DNA of 64,000 nt, taken from Callorhinchus milii. Its lineage: Eukaryota. The notes under the pieces were generated by a model. The model was given only the letters and a program-made list of their open reading frames with translations, was not told the origin of the DNA and did no database searches. Position 1 is the stretch's first letter. Each line of letters starts with the position of its first letter. The stretch is taken from positions 92,258,001-92,322,000 of the forward strand of contig NW_024704743.1 of the NCBI RefSeq assembly GCF_018977255.1. Direction: 5' to 3'. Shown here piece after piece: positions 1-13,862 of the stretch. Made by a program: the position numbers and the translations under genes.

Positions 1-530
1 AGCATCTACACTTTGTGTCCTTCAATTGATTCTTCTCCTCCCCAGTCCCTCCACAGTCAATTGCGGCATTTTCTAGGTCTCTCTTCCTCTCAGATGTTTC
101 CACTTGATGACATCATCACAGGGTCCACTTCCAAATGTATGCATATGATATCTGCCTCTGCCCTCAATTCCAAGACCACTGCTTTTATGACCAGTTGACT
201 GTTAGACATTGATTCCAGATGAGTTCTATCTTTCTACAGCTCAAAATCAACTAGACCAAGACTTTACGGCTTGGTTCCCTTCGACACCTCCTCTTCCTAA
301 GAGTACTGACCACATCAACCTACATGGATGGTCAATCCGATTCACAGAGCCAGAGTGGAACCTTGTCTTGATCAACAACACCTGCTCTTCTAACCATACA
401 TCTGAGCCCTCACTACTCTGCATTTCCTCACTTCCACAACATCATTTGATCACTTGCCTCTGCCATCACCTTTCCTCATCCACACCTTCATTATCTCTAG
501 GTTGGATTCTCTGGTGTCCTGCTGATCGTA
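1..530 (+). mobile_element. Degenerate L2 LINE RT-region fragment
   Basis: Colinear with the better-preserved L2 at 36380-36970 (e.g. 'cttgatgacatcatc', 'tctaggttggatt'); many stops and frameshifts. Confidence 0.65.
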
Positions 531-3500
531 CTCCCTGTGTGCCTTGTATTCTGAAGGATGAGATCAAATTATTCTGGAAGAATGAGATCAGATGAACTGA
601 AAAGCCTTCTTCACCTGAACCTCCCTTGATCTTGTAACATCTGGAATTCAACAACAACATTGATTTGCATTCACACAGCGCCTTCACACAGGAGAGCTGT
701 ATAGTTTGGGTATGGACGCTATTCAATTAAAAAAAACACAAATAATACAAATTTGCACGTGTACCCCAACAGCCTGGGTCTACGTTTTATAATTTAGTGT
801 TTATTGGTGCTAGGGTGGTGAATTAGTGGTTTTGTGTTTTTAATGTGGAATCTCTTTAAAAAGCTTCACCACCTGCAAAAACACAAACTCCAAAGAATGA
901 AAAATACCCCATTAGCGGAGAAATAGCTTCATGCCTAAACTTTGAAAATATTTTATTCCCAGCACCAGCATCTTGGTGAGCATAAAATACCGTACTGTGA
1001 TGCTAACCCTGAGCTACTACACAAACACTTGAAACACAATTTTAATTAAAAATATATTTAATCACTTTAAATCATGCCTGTCTTGTTATCTATTTTTCAT
1101 TTGTTTTCTGCTCTATTCTGCTTTTGAACCAGTGAATGAATAACATAATAACACATTGAATGTTTCAATAAAAAGATATTAAAATGCTCTTTCATAAATA
1201 TTACTCTAACCACCTATGATTACTGGCAGGGGTCTTTTTGGTGTGTTGCATGTCACATTATGCTGTCCAGGCATAGGTTCTGTAATGATCTTATTCTCTT
1301 TTGCTATTCTGTCCTTGCAGAATAATATCTGAGGGATTAATGATCACAGTACATTGCTATTTTGTGCACTAAAACATTCCTGATTAGATACCGTATGACT
1401 AAACCTTCTTTAAATAATTGATATTGTAACAGAGTAGAAGCTTCTACATCAAAGAAAGTATTGTATTTGTATAAATCAACACAATAAAACTCTTAACCCC
1501 AAATACTATCAGGCAAAACTGGATGGAATTTCTCCCCTATCCCAATTCTAGATTAATGGTGAATTTCACCCTGTATGTTACTGAATCATTGAGGTTGAAA
1601 ATGTAGCATTCGTTATCTAGATTTGTAAATAGCGACTCCTGTCATCTTAACACTTGTTTTAGTCATTGCATGATGGGTGTCCGTATGTCGGACACCAGTC
1701 ACCATGTAAAAGCCCAGCAAAGCAAGTAACTGTAAGAAGATATGGACATTTTAAATCCTACTGATAGTAATCTTGTGTTTTGACAATACATTTAAGAAGC
1801 AAAGCAAATATTATTTTATTTTATCAAGCATTGGGGGGAAGAAAAAAATCATTAAAACAGACATTTTCTGGTAATGGTGCCATTCACTGTGAGCTGAAGA
1901 AGAGACAGTAAGGATTTTTTTATTCAGGTCTCTGCAAACATTAATAAACATGAGATACAGAGTGAGATACAAGTACAATCAAAAATAACGGCACTGACAG
2001 ACCGAAACTCCACATGCCAGAGTCTAATACGTCAAAGTGACAAGTAATACCATTAAGACATGACATTTTCTTCTTATAGTCTGCAGCTGTATGACAGAAG
2101 TTTGAGCGTCCATTAAAGTGTTAGCTAGACTCACCAAAAACAAACCATCATCTAAGCAAGATATAGTTAGATTTTGTGTCTCTTTTCCTAGCAGTATATA
2201 TTCTGATGTAAACATCTAAATTAAGATTTTTATCAGTCTAAGCTTAGCATAATTATTTTGGACAGTGTAAAATCGTTTTCCTGCTCAATGCATTGAATTC
2301 AATGAACTCTTGAAGCCCATTACTGTTTCTCAAAACTACTAATGTATATAGTCCAAACCATTTTCAATAAAAAAAATCTATTGTTTTATGCTTAGAGCAA
2401 TAAGACTTGGTAACAGAATGTAGAAGAATGATATTTAGAACGGAGACTACTACTTTAACAAGGAAATAATGATCTAATTTATTGAACAGTCAACAGATCA
2501 GTACTTTCAGTAGTGAGAATGGAGTGATTAATCTGTTTTCTTTATACATCACTACACTGAAATGGAATATTAACATTCTTATCAAAGACTTAGAGAAAAA
2601 CATTTGTCCATAGAGATAAAACAGCATTTTGACTTACATGCACTTTAAAGCACATATGTCCAGATATATATAAAGGGAGGATTTATATTCTTATGGTGCA
2701 GGGTGCAGTGATTTATAATAACCTACATTTATAATACTCATTCATGGCTTAAACAGGATGGCATAATCACACAAAATCTAAAGCCACACAAAATAAAACG
2801 ATACCTATGAGCAGAATTTTTGACACTTTAAAGACTGAAGCTCAGATTTCTGGTATCTTTGTTTCTGAACATTCCTGTTGGCTCTGCAGTCTTTGGATAC
2901 AAGTCACTATCAGAAAACAACCACAATTAAGAAATTCCACTGCAAAACTGCTCTAAACTGTAATATATGTAGACCTACTAGGTATTAATTTATAATTATG
3001 GCAGATTATTATTGCTCTAGGGTTCTACTTACTGGCACATCACATACAAAGTTAAGTCTTCGTAATGTTATAGTCTGTCAGACCGGACAAAATTATAACA
3101 ATATACGTACTATAACAATCGGGGAACTAAAAAATAAAATCAGTTATTTTTGACTGTTTTATCTTTGAAATTGAATCGCATAATAAATAACAGCGACCAA
3201 AGGTGCTAAAATACTGTACTGTAACAGTCTCTTCTCATTAGACAATCCATCAATGAAAATATTATGGAAATTGATTGCGTGCTCTAATTTGACCATCTGC
3301 CTGTCCATCAACCCATCCTGTGCTCTCATCAGATGATCCACCTGTCTCTTGGTTCTGGGTTTCAGGTGTCGGAGCGATACTCCACATACATCACACCTCA
3401 GGGTAACATTATCCAACCTTTGTTAATCAGGACTGCAAATTTGTATAACATTAGACTAATTATAACATTATACATCTATCACAATATGCAAACCCAAACG

Positions 3501-4894
3501 TGTACAAAGCATACCAGGCCCCACCAGGATTGGCTATCAGTACAACATGATGTGGGTTATAACAATTGCTGATTTAACATTATGTATATTTGACAGAAAA
3601 TAGTTGGGGGGGGGAGGAATTGTGATTAGGATTAAGATTAAGGCTTTATTTCAACAAAAACAAGCATAGACACAGACTTTTAAGGGGGAATCAAACTCAG
3701 GCTCCTTAAGCAGACCAAACTTCACATCCCCACTGAGCATCTCTGATGAAGAGGGCTAGTGAACTCTAGACTGCTTTAGCCCCCTTGTGATACCCCGATC
3801 GACTACCCTAACACGAAGGTTTCTCCTTTTCTTCTCTATCTTGATAAGCAGATATTGAGCCCTGCAATATAAGTACCCACGGTTGGCCACTAAAATGAAA
3901 ACTGCTTCTTAAGCACAAGCAAAGCATTGATTAAATTCTTGCTTATATTAAAGGATATAGAGGACTACAGGAGTTACCAACAGATCATCCAGCAGCTAAC
4001 AGTTCTGCCACAACTTTCCTGGCATTGTAATACCCGACGAATTATCAACCCTGCTCAGTTACAAGTACAAGACCAGCGAGCGGCAGCCAGCTTTTGTCTA
4101 ATCCTGCCTTTGGGAACAATAAAGCAGTTGGTATTTTATAGGGATTGTATCTTGATGAGAGTCATAATCCATGATACTGAAGGTCACAATCTTCTAAGGG
4201 AGGAGAAATTGGGTCTATGGTATTGAAATCTATGTTTGATAGGCTTTACTTCTTTTATTCCTTTAAACAGAAAAGATGATTGCCAAAATGTCCCTTGTCT
4301 GCATAGTAGTCTTCACACTGGATGACATTCTAAGCAAAAAGTATCCTGAAGGGAGTAACATGACAACACAAACAAGCCAAGAAAGTGAATTAAAACTAGC
4401 TGACATAAATGAAGACTTTATTGTGTGAGTGACATTTATTATGTAAAGCGTTCTGATTATTTCTCATAGCTGTAATAAAGGATATCTTTTAATTCAGATT
4501 AAAATACTGTATCCCAGCTTTCTGACCACCATACAGGCTCAATCTGCTGGCTGGAGCATTATGACTCTCAGAATTATGCGGCAAAGCCTGAGATGCACAA
4601 GAAGCCTATTTTCTTTTTGTGATTAAATCCATATAGTGCAGTCATATACCTGTCTTCATGAAAAATAACTGCCATGGATTTTGTCAAAAAGAAAAATAGA
4701 CGACGTAAGGTTTATTGATAGTTTATACAAAGCCTGACTGCAGCATAAAGTACGAATTTCAGAAGTTTGATTCTTAAAGTATCTTAAGTTTTAAATCGAA
4801 ACTATCTATTATTATCTCTGGAATTACAAAGCACCATACGTTCAAAGGCAGAACTTGCATATAATAGAAACTTCAAAGTGCTAATTTGGAAGAG

Positions 4895-5185
4895 CTCCCT
4901 CTGCTCAGTGGGCCTGCTTCACATCCCCTGCCCTATGAGCTCCACCATTGGCTTTCATCTTAACTGCTCCACTCTCTGAAACTCCATTCAGGAGTCATTG
5001 AGACTTGCACCCTCCCTCACCTCCTTACGTCTGAACATCTTTCTCTTTGACCATGCTTTCGGTCATCTTTTCCCACCCCACACACCTTGGCTTCCACCCT
5101 CTCAACTCCCGCTCCCAGCTGAGTTGCAAACACTGGACTGTCCTCCTGATGTGGAAGTAACTATATAAATGCAATTTTCGTTGTT
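4895..5185 (+). mobile_element. L2 3' end fragment
   Basis: Pyrimidine-rich ORF2 end, degenerate 'tcctcctgatgtggaa...tatataaatgcaattttcgttgtt' tail. Confidence 0.75.
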
Positions 5186-5252
5186 AAAATTTAATTGAAA
5201 AACATCCTTTCTTAAATTTTATATTACTATATTGATTTTTAAGCACTTAATG

Positions 5253-5556
5253 TGGAGTCCTGTAGCTCAGTGGTTAGAGCACTCGCTTTGCAAGTGAGAG
5301 ACCTGAGTTCAATTCCAGGCAGGGCGAAACCTTGGGCAAGTTTCCTTACTCCACACAGAGCCTAATAATAATCCCTCCAAAACCAAAACAATAATAAATT
5401 GGTTATTTTCAATCTACGACTGTTTGTGGGACATTGCTGTGCGCAATTGGCTGCCGCGTTCGCCCACAAATATACAGTCAGTTCACTTTACAGTGTGTTC
5501 TGTGAAGCGCTTTGGGACATCCTCCCGACGTGAAAAGCGCTATATCAAATGCAAGG

Positions 5557-5589
<33 letters not shown>
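5253..5589 (+). mobile_element. Full-length tRNA-Ala-derived SINE with L2-type 3' end and (ATT)n tail (type A, short form)
   Basis: A box TAGCTCAGTGG, B box GAGTTCAATTCC, anticodon-like loop tttgcaa (TGC), Deu-like 'ctgtttgtgggacattgctgtgcgcaattggctgcc', L2-like stem-loop, (att)n; many near-identical copies in the window. Confidence 0.92.
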
Positions 5590-5592
<3 letters not shown>

Positions 5593-6034
5593 TTCTTATG
5601 ATTTGATTCTTAGTTACAAAAAAAATTCAATTTATACTTTTATATAGTAACATATGTTTGCCTGCAAAATACACATTCACTACACTTTACAGTACATCTT
5701 GTGAAGTGCTTTGAAGTATACTCCAATGTAAAAGGTAACAACAATAACAAATTACATTTGTGTAGCGCCTTTCACATTGGGAGAACTCCCAAAGGCACTA
5801 TATCAAATGTAAGGTAATTTTTGTTATTTTAAATATTTTAAATATTACCATCTAATTCCATAGAGATTGTCAGTTTATTCTCGGTTAACATTTCAGCTCT
5901 TGCCATCTTCTATCTTTAGTCATTTTGTACTATGCTGATGATGGGAACATATATAAAATTGCTGAAAATGGTGTTCTCCAAATGAGCTGATTAGGGAACT
6001 GCAAACACATGTTCTATGTTTTGTGTTTTATTGC

Positions 6035-6285
6035 AGAACAGATTGATTTCAAGATCCTCACACTCATGCCCTAACGCCTCCCTGCCTCTCCAATCTTCTC
6101 ACAAATACTCCTCTACCTGCCTCATTTGTTTGGTTGGCTCAGGCCTTCTGCTCCCCCGAACTGTCTATTCCTTCATTGGTGGTCGGGTCTTCAGCCACTA
6201 TGCCCAAGCCTCAATCCCTTTGCCATAACTTCTCTTTCCCCTTCTTCAAATTTCACCTGAAGACATCACACTTCGACTATGCAAC
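6035..6285 (+). mobile_element. Degenerate L2 ORF2 3' fragment
   Basis: 'gattgatttcaagatcctca', 'ggtggtcgggtcttcagcc' match the L2 copy at 37090-37350. Confidence 0.7.
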
Positions 6286-6639
6286 ATCATAACTTCCAGA
6301 TCATAAAACCACAACAACTCGCATTTACATAGTACTCTTCACGTGAGTAGAAGTCCTGTATAGTCCTGATCAGGGTTCAGTACAGTCCTGATCCCTCGAC
6401 TGTTTAGCACCTTGGGATGTCCTCCTGACGTGAAAGGCGCTTTACAAATGTAATTTTGTTGTTGTTATTGTTATTGTAGTGTATTGGATTGCTTAACAGC
6501 ATTATGGGTGATTCCGCGCTAGAAAGAAACAGAATGCGACCGAAGGCATAGCTGAAGGGCTTCTAACCTATTTTACTAGTTGAATATTTGTTTTCCAGGG
6601 ATGCTCTGATGCAGAAAATCAAAATACCTACTCTCCCTA

Positions 6640-7130
6640 TTAAGAACATTGGAAAACAGGAACAGCAAGAGATCTTTTAACTTGTTCCACCAGTTTATTA
6701 GATCTTATTGGATCTTTTAATCCCAATGCCCTGCCCTTTTGCCATTCCCCTTTATACCTCTACTATCCAAGTTTCTCTCTCTCTCTCTGTTAAACATCCT
6801 TATCAATTATGCCTTTATAGCTTTTTGAGGAAGTGTTCCATGGCTTCTTAATCCTCTGTGTGAATACATGCTTAAAATATCCAATTTATTTATATATAGG
6901 GTTAGTCTTGGAGCATCACCTGTCACTGCCCACCAATTAGAAAATGTCACTTTATCCCAACTCTCCACCCCCTGTTTCCCAACCAATTCTCTATCCATGT
7001 TACAAGATTGCTTCCAATACCTTGTGTCTTAATATTAGCTAAGAATTTCCTATGTGGCATCTTTTCAAATACCTTCGGAAAATCCATGTAAATTGCATTC
7101 ATCAATCCTCCTGTTATCTGTCACCTCAGT
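6640..7130 (-). mobile_element. Degenerate CR1 LINE fragments
   Basis: Antisense CR1 tail ('taagaacattggaaaacaggaacag') and antisense RT segments resembling the CR1 at 45158-46226. Confidence 0.65.
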
Positions 7131-8394
7131 AATGCTGCCAAAGAGGAATGACTTGCATGAAAACTTTCTGGCTTGTGAGCCAGAAATGTCTGACAACAAT
7201 GGCCCTTCACCACAGGATGGAAGCCAGATGCATCGGGGTTGTTTCATTTGTTCCATTGCTATGTCAACGCTCAAAACTGCACCAATACCAGAAGCTACCG
7301 TGGATCAAGTGGATCAAGACAAATCTGCTTCAATGCTAAATATATCAGCTGCTGGAGCTCTTGTGTATTCATCGGGGAATGAAATGAATGTCCTGCAATA
7401 GTCCTTTCATTATGTTCCTCACATTTTTCCCCATTTTGTTTACGTTGAGATTTCCTACACTGATTCTTATTCCTCTGGGCAGAGTTCTTTATAATTGCTT
7501 GGGGGGAAGGGGAGAGTAGTATAGCATAGTTTATGTGCTAAGAATTAATAATAATAATCCTTTCATTTGGTATAGAACCTTTCACATGGGATGATGTCCC
7601 AAAGCGTTTAACAGGATATACTTTACTCTTATACTATACTCTTCTCAACCGAGGGTTACATACTGCCAACAATTTCACTGTATTTTTAAGAATATGATTT
7701 CAATATGTATTTCAGAAATATATTCATGATTAAAATAGCTTCATGTCAAAGTGATTCAACCTCACTGCCCTCCATTCTCCCTTCCCAACACCCCACCCCG
7801 CTGCTCGGGTCCAGCACCTTTGGGACGTCCTCCCCACGTGAAAGGCACTATCCAAATGTAATTTTGTATTGTATGTGTGGCATCTATGTAGACAAAGAAA
7901 GACAGATAGAGATGGAGATTTTTGGGAGTCAGCTAGGTGTCTGACTTATGCGGAATCCCATCTCCATGCTTAAACATCTCCAACCCAGGCTGAGAAGTGG
8001 ATTAGACTAGACCAAAAAAGGTGTTATGCCATGCATGCCCACCTATGTGCGAAATCATTGCTACTTAGATCGCATTATATATATAAGGTATGCATACATG
8101 GAAAATGCACCCTATGAACTCTAGTGCATTGGGACACCCTCCCGACGTGAAAGGCACTTTACAAATGTCATTTTGTTGTTGTTGTTGTAGTGATAATTAA
8201 ACTTTGCCACCACTGATCTTAGTGGAAAGTAAATTGCGGTCTAAATTTGTGTACAATTTAGAGATGCATATATGAACAAAAGGATTATTATTTTAGGAGA
8301 TTTCAAAGGGGAGGTGGACATTAGGAATCTTAAATTGCTAGAGGTGGGTATTGAGCAATTGCTGGAAGTTATTTTTCAAAGAGAAATTCTATTA

Positions 8395-8600
8395 AAGCAA
8401 TTAGTTAAACTTAAGATAGATATATTATTGTTCTAATGGTTTGCATTCAGAGATCTTGGGATAAGAAATAGTAGAGGCTCTGATTGTAATTTTTCAAACT
8501 CAGTAGAAAGTAAAGATGTGAGAGAGGATTGAAGGATGGCAAGTGTGACATCTCTCATCAAAGAAGACAGGATAAATCAGGAAATTATAAGCATTAGCTT
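8395..8600 (+). mobile_element. Degenerate CR1 RT N-terminal fragment
   Basis: Frameshifted remnants of CR1 motifs (GLHxR, EIVEAL..IFQ, EDWR.A.V, GNY). Confidence 0.6.
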
Positions 8601-10175
8601 TGTACATCTGAAATCCAATAATGGCTGCCAGTGGCTTCGAGCCAGTCTTTAGTTAGTGACTGGTTTGACCATGATTTCTATGTCACATTTTTCACTCTTA
8701 TATTTTCGATTTATATTATTTTGTAACTGCTGAATATAAAATTCATGGGCAGTCTTTATTTATCACCCGGTTTGACATTATTTATTTGACGATGTGATAA
8801 ATTATCGCTATGACAATTATCATATCACACATTTCATTTTTTATCCTATGAAATATTTAAATTGTGAAATGGAAGCTTTATTGCACTATTGAGGATTTAG
8901 TAATGAATTTCTTATACGGGGCTACGCAATTAATGAATATAAATGTATTTTATGTCAATCTTTTACTGTGGACAGTATTTGTGTAATACAAAACATGTTG
9001 GTTCATGTATAAAAAAGGGAATAAGTCAACAAAGTGCAAAATTACATCTACTTCCTGAAGAGGAACTGCACAGCAGAGGAGAGAAAAGTAGTGTTTAATC
9101 TTGAACCATAATGCAATTAAGGATCATGGGACCTAAAGTTTACTTGAATCAACAACTTTACTGAGGAGCTGTTTTGCTCAGAGGAAGAATGAAGGTAGTA
9201 ATTCATTTCCAAGAAGATCACTGATTATAGCATTTTGGGAATCCTTTCATAGATGTGTCACTGATGGAACAGAGAGTAAAATTGTTATCGTGTGCGTGTA
9301 TAATACCCTTCAGCTGCAGGGTATCATTATGGAGTAACATGACTCTTTAAATAGGGTGCATTAGGTTACTTCAACACCACCGCTAAAGAAAACTGTATAA
9401 AATCATCTATTCTCTTTTACTTCATGTCTGCGGATTTCAAATATGAAAAATGCTGATTATGCTGATTGTTATAAATTGTAAGTGAAAATGGAGGGAAACA
9501 AAGTTATGATAAATGGAATATCTTTAGAACGTGGTTTTCAAAGAGCCTCCTGACAGTTAGCAATTACAGTGATATTTGGTAGCATTTCAGATTTCAAAAA
9601 AAATGTTTCTAATCTTGGGTTTAAGACATGAATTTGTAGGTGTGTGATTTTGAAAATGTACCAGTTACAAACCATACTTTTAGCTAAAAATTTTCATATT
9701 TTATAATACAAACTACAGTGTCATAACTGATCATATATGTTCAATATGTGGTATTTTGAATTAATTTTCCCTCCAATGGCAACCTAATGAAATAGTTAAT
9801 AAACAAAATATGTCTGGTTCAATAGAGAGAGCAATGATTCTATGTGAGCAAATTGACTCATTGACGTACATTCTGTTCGATAATAATTCTTTGATTTGTT
9901 TAGTAGAAAATAGTTAACTGGCCAAGCAGCGTGACCTTTTAAAAAATTTCTGACAAGTAAGTTTTATTGCTTGGACCATGACAACAGAACTCTTCATTTG
10001 GTTTGATCTGTTAGGTTGAAGAATAAAAAGGATTACAATGATAAGAGCTAATAAATTTGGTAGTTTGGGCCCAAAGCCCAGACTGACCTTTGAGTTTAAC
10101 AAAAACTCATTTGAGAATTGACAGAAACACAAAAGATGTTTCTTATTTGACCTGTAAAATGTCTCTAAGTTGCCT

Positions 10176-10526
10176 GGATCAATAGGTAGCACTCTCACCA
10201 CATTGGGATTTTAAGTTCAGTCCTGCCTGACATTCCAGTGTAGCGCTGGGGGTGTGCTGCATTGACATAAGTGCTGTCCTTCAGACCAGATGTTAGGCGT
10301 GATACTGACTGCTGGTTCAGGTGAACGTTAAAGATCCCAAGGCATTAATTCAAAAAGAGGAAAGAGTTTTTCCTGGATATCCTGCCCAATAATCCTCCAG
10401 ATAAATGGATCATTTACTTCATAGCTATTTGTGAGACATGCTGTGTGCAAACTGTGTTTACAAATACATCACACTTTATAAAAACTTTGTGAGACACTTT
10501 GAGACATTAGAGATACTGTATAAATA
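10176..10526 (+). mobile_element. Deu-domain SINE (type B)
   Basis: Deu core 'gtgctgcattg..gtgctgtccttcag..gttcaggtgaacgttaaagatccca' plus a degenerate L2 tail. Confidence 0.8.
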
Positions 10527-11271
10527 CTAATCCTTGCATTTGTATAGCAACTTATGCAATTGAGATGTCTCAAGGCACTTCACAGGATTTTGGTGTGAAG
10601 TGTAGTGACTGTATTTGTAGGTAAACACAGGGTCAAAGAGGAATGTCTTCGGCTGGACACTGAAGGAGATTAGGGATAGGACAAGGCAGAATGGAATCAG
10701 CCCCATTTCAAAATTTAAGGTTGAGCAGAATTGTGGAAAAAATGAATTTGAAAGTTACCTTTTTTTAAGAAAACACACAAAATAATTTTCTGCAATGCTG
10801 CACCATCATTAATTTTGAGATAAAATAGTCTTATAGGCTTACAACTAGATAGAATTTCAGGCACTATGATTTACCTCCAATTACTGTGAGAAATGAGACA
10901 TTAGTGGCACCTAAATACAGAAAATGATTGCTATATTTTGTCTTTTTCTGGAATATTTTGACCCAATGCCATGTGTAATGCTTTTCATCCTATTCTAGTC
11001 AGAAATGGTTTGAAATGAGCCAATTTCAGACTCACATTGTGGGGATAGTTAACACTTGAGTTTTTCAGACTCCCTGAATGCTCATTCCTACAAACTACAG
11101 CAGAATCTCAAACAAGTGCAATTTCAGGAAACATTTGCTTTGGTCTTGCTTTGACTGTTCATCAATTTCAAATCTCAGAGCTGCACTCTATTGCTTTAAT
11201 TATCTGATGCAGCTCACATCATTCTTTCAGTTAAAGGGAAATGCGGTAAAGCAGATCATCAGAGGTGTTAA

Positions 11272-11642
11272 AATAATAATAACAGACCTTGCATTTGATA
11301 TAGCCCTTTATCACATTGTCGTGATGTCTCAAAGTGCTTCACAGAATATACTGTAGAGTGAATTGACTTTATATTTTGTGGGCAAAACCCCACAGCCAAT
11401 TTCACACAGCAGGGTCCCACAATCGTACCTTGCGGAATCAAATTCAAGTTTTTTTTAAGGGAATATTACCTCCGGAAAACAATCCACCAATCGACTAATA
11501 ACTGGATTCCTATTTACTGCCAGGTAAACAGAGGCATGTGGAGTAAGGAAACTTGCCTAAGGCTTTGCCCTCCCTGGGAAGCCAACCCAGGTCCTCTCGC
11601 TTGCGAGGCGAGTGCTCTAACCAATACGCTGCAGGACTCCAC
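11272..11642 (-). mobile_element. tRNA-derived SINE type A, long form
   Basis: Reverse complement of the type A head and tail, with an extra internal segment 'ctgtttacctggcagtaaataggaatcc...'. Confidence 0.88.
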
Positions 11643-12994
11643 AATTATCTAGTACAGAAAGTTATCTTTCAAGAATAATATAATTAGAACAATAAATGGA
11701 ACTTCCAAAAAAAGCTGGAGGTCATTCGACAGATGTCCAGCATTTAGTCCGTTTTGAAATATTGTCTTGATAGGAAATGAAAAGAGATCTTTTTTGAAAG
11801 TGTTTGCATTATCTCACAGGAATATGAAACATTCTAAAAGTTTTATGTATTATTTTACTGCATGTTGTCTGTAACACAGCAAGAGAATAATACGCTTTCT
11901 AGCTTCAACCCTTAAATAACTCAGATTGACTGATTTATTTGTCAGTACAATGTATCCTCCTTTTATTTACTTCAATGATTTGTCCTTAAGGCACTGAAGG
12001 GATTACTGGCAGAAAACAAGATACACATATGCTTCGAACTACAGAGCCGTCTCATTCCTCTTTTTACTGAACTGTCAACATTTTTCATTTGTTTCACTTC
12101 TGAGCAAAAAGGGGAAGAAAAAGAGTGGGTAAATTGACCATCAGACTGAAATAGGCACATTCCCTTTCTTGACTGAGTGTGCGGTGGGCATACTGCTGTT
12201 CTGTCTCTGCACTTTCCAGCAATTAATGACAATGTGGATGATTCCTGTCCTGTAGAACATAATGTGAACTATCCTACAGTGCTTTGTGTGTACTATCCCA
12301 TGGCGGTAGTGTGCTGTTGTAAATTGTTCTGTAATTCAATGAAACAAGTTCTGCAAAGTCTGCACAAAAACTTGCTTAATTTCCCAAGAAAGTACAGGTT
12401 CCTTTGTTTTAAAAGCCAATGAGTGTAACTTTATCACTGAAATCATTTCTTCTCGTGACCAAGCTTTTGCTGAGACAGTGAAAAAAACATTAGGAGTAAT
12501 TTGCATCTCTTCAGTAAACAGCAAACCAAAAGGTTCATCAAGTACTCCCCTGTTGCCCTGAAGTTAGCAGAGTTAGTATGATCCATTTCCTGGTTAAGAT
12601 GATATGCTGTGCATGGTATCTCCAACCCTTTGGACAGCCTCAAATAGCCACAACCTGAAATGGGGAGGTGGAACGGGGGTGATAATGGTAATCAGTTGAC
12701 CATTCTGCAGTTAATAATGAGTGCCTGATTTGGTTGCAATTTTTGGCAGTATGATAATTATCAAGGGCAGCTTTTTCATCCCACGTGTACACACATGCAT
12801 GCAGATATAGATACGTGCAGACATAAACTCAGTCATATGTATATACGACAATTTGTAACACTTCAACGTGCACCATAGTTAAACGGCCATCTGAAAGAGT
12901 AACGGAATAGGTGCTGTAAACTCACAGATTTGGAGGAGCTTACTGACTTTTATTTGATCACAATATTCTGGGCCTGAAATTGCCATTTGCAACA

Positions 12995-13250
12995 GCAAAC
13001 CTATGTCCTCTTGTTCTATTATCTTGAAGTATTGATCTGGGTTTACGTTTTCAATCCCATTTAAAATCTTGTACACATCTATGAGGTTCTCTCTGAGTCA
13101 TGAAGTTGCTGCTCATAGCTCATTCTTCTAAAACTATGGATCATCCTCGTTGGTCTCCTCTGCACCACCTTTGGGCCCGAGCAGCCACCTCTGTGTTGCA
13201 GTGACCAGAACTGTATGCAGTACTCTATGTGCCATCTGACCAGAGCACTT
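12995..13250 (-). mobile_element. CR1 ORF2 3' fragment
   Basis: Peptide YKILNGIENVNPDQYF; homologous to the plus-strand CR1 at 33335-33860. Confidence 0.75.
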
Positions 13251-13862
13251 TGGGAAGCTAAAACAGGTCAACCGCAGGCTGCAACTCCTAAGTACATATT
13301 CTTTTGCGTCGAACTTAGGAACTACTGACAGCCAAGAGGAGACCCCATGCTAATGTAAGCGTGGCCTCTTAAATACTAATTCCACCTGGTATACCATCAA
13401 CAACAACAATAACTTACCATAATAGCACCTCTCGTGCAGGGTAGCTTCCCAGAGGGCTTATCATCCATTCCAGAGGGACCTCAGCACAGATGTGTGAGGT
13501 TCTGGGATGTGGGATAAGCTCTACTCAGGCTTGTAAGGCAATAGGGAAACCCACGACCATCAACCCAGCAACCCATGCACATGGGGTTTTATAGCCACTG
13601 TGCTTTGTGTCAAGTTAGATCGAGCTTTAGCAGAGGACATGTGTATCTGGTATTGCATTTATTTTCCTTTCCGGTGCTGTATCAGAGGTGCCAGTATCAG
13701 AGGTGCTAGTTAGGTTTTTGTCCCTTTTAGGTGAACCATAGCGATATCGAGCCATGCTTCAATAAAATCAGCGTGCTTGCAAATCTGTTGGTGACTTTCT
13801 CGCCTCTCTCTCAGTAATTGTTACAAATACTTGCAGGTAATAACAAAAAATATGATCCTTGT

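Noticed and set aside
3735..3775. CTGATGA hammerhead-like core
   Set aside because: No GAAA box or stem III downstream.
5253..5330. tRNA-Ala(TGC)-like cloverleaf (also at 20684, 33862, 35621, 41748)
   Set aside because: Each copy continues into a SINE body and (ATT)n tail, has imperfect stems and no terminator; these are SINE heads, not tRNA genes.
7054..7401. 115-aa ORF
   Set aside because: Starts in antisense CR1 sequence at a non-ATG codon; no recognisable domain or splice context.
12443..12659. Minus-strand ORF preceded by a 'catttcag' acceptor
   Set aside because: No convincing donor and no recognisable peptide.
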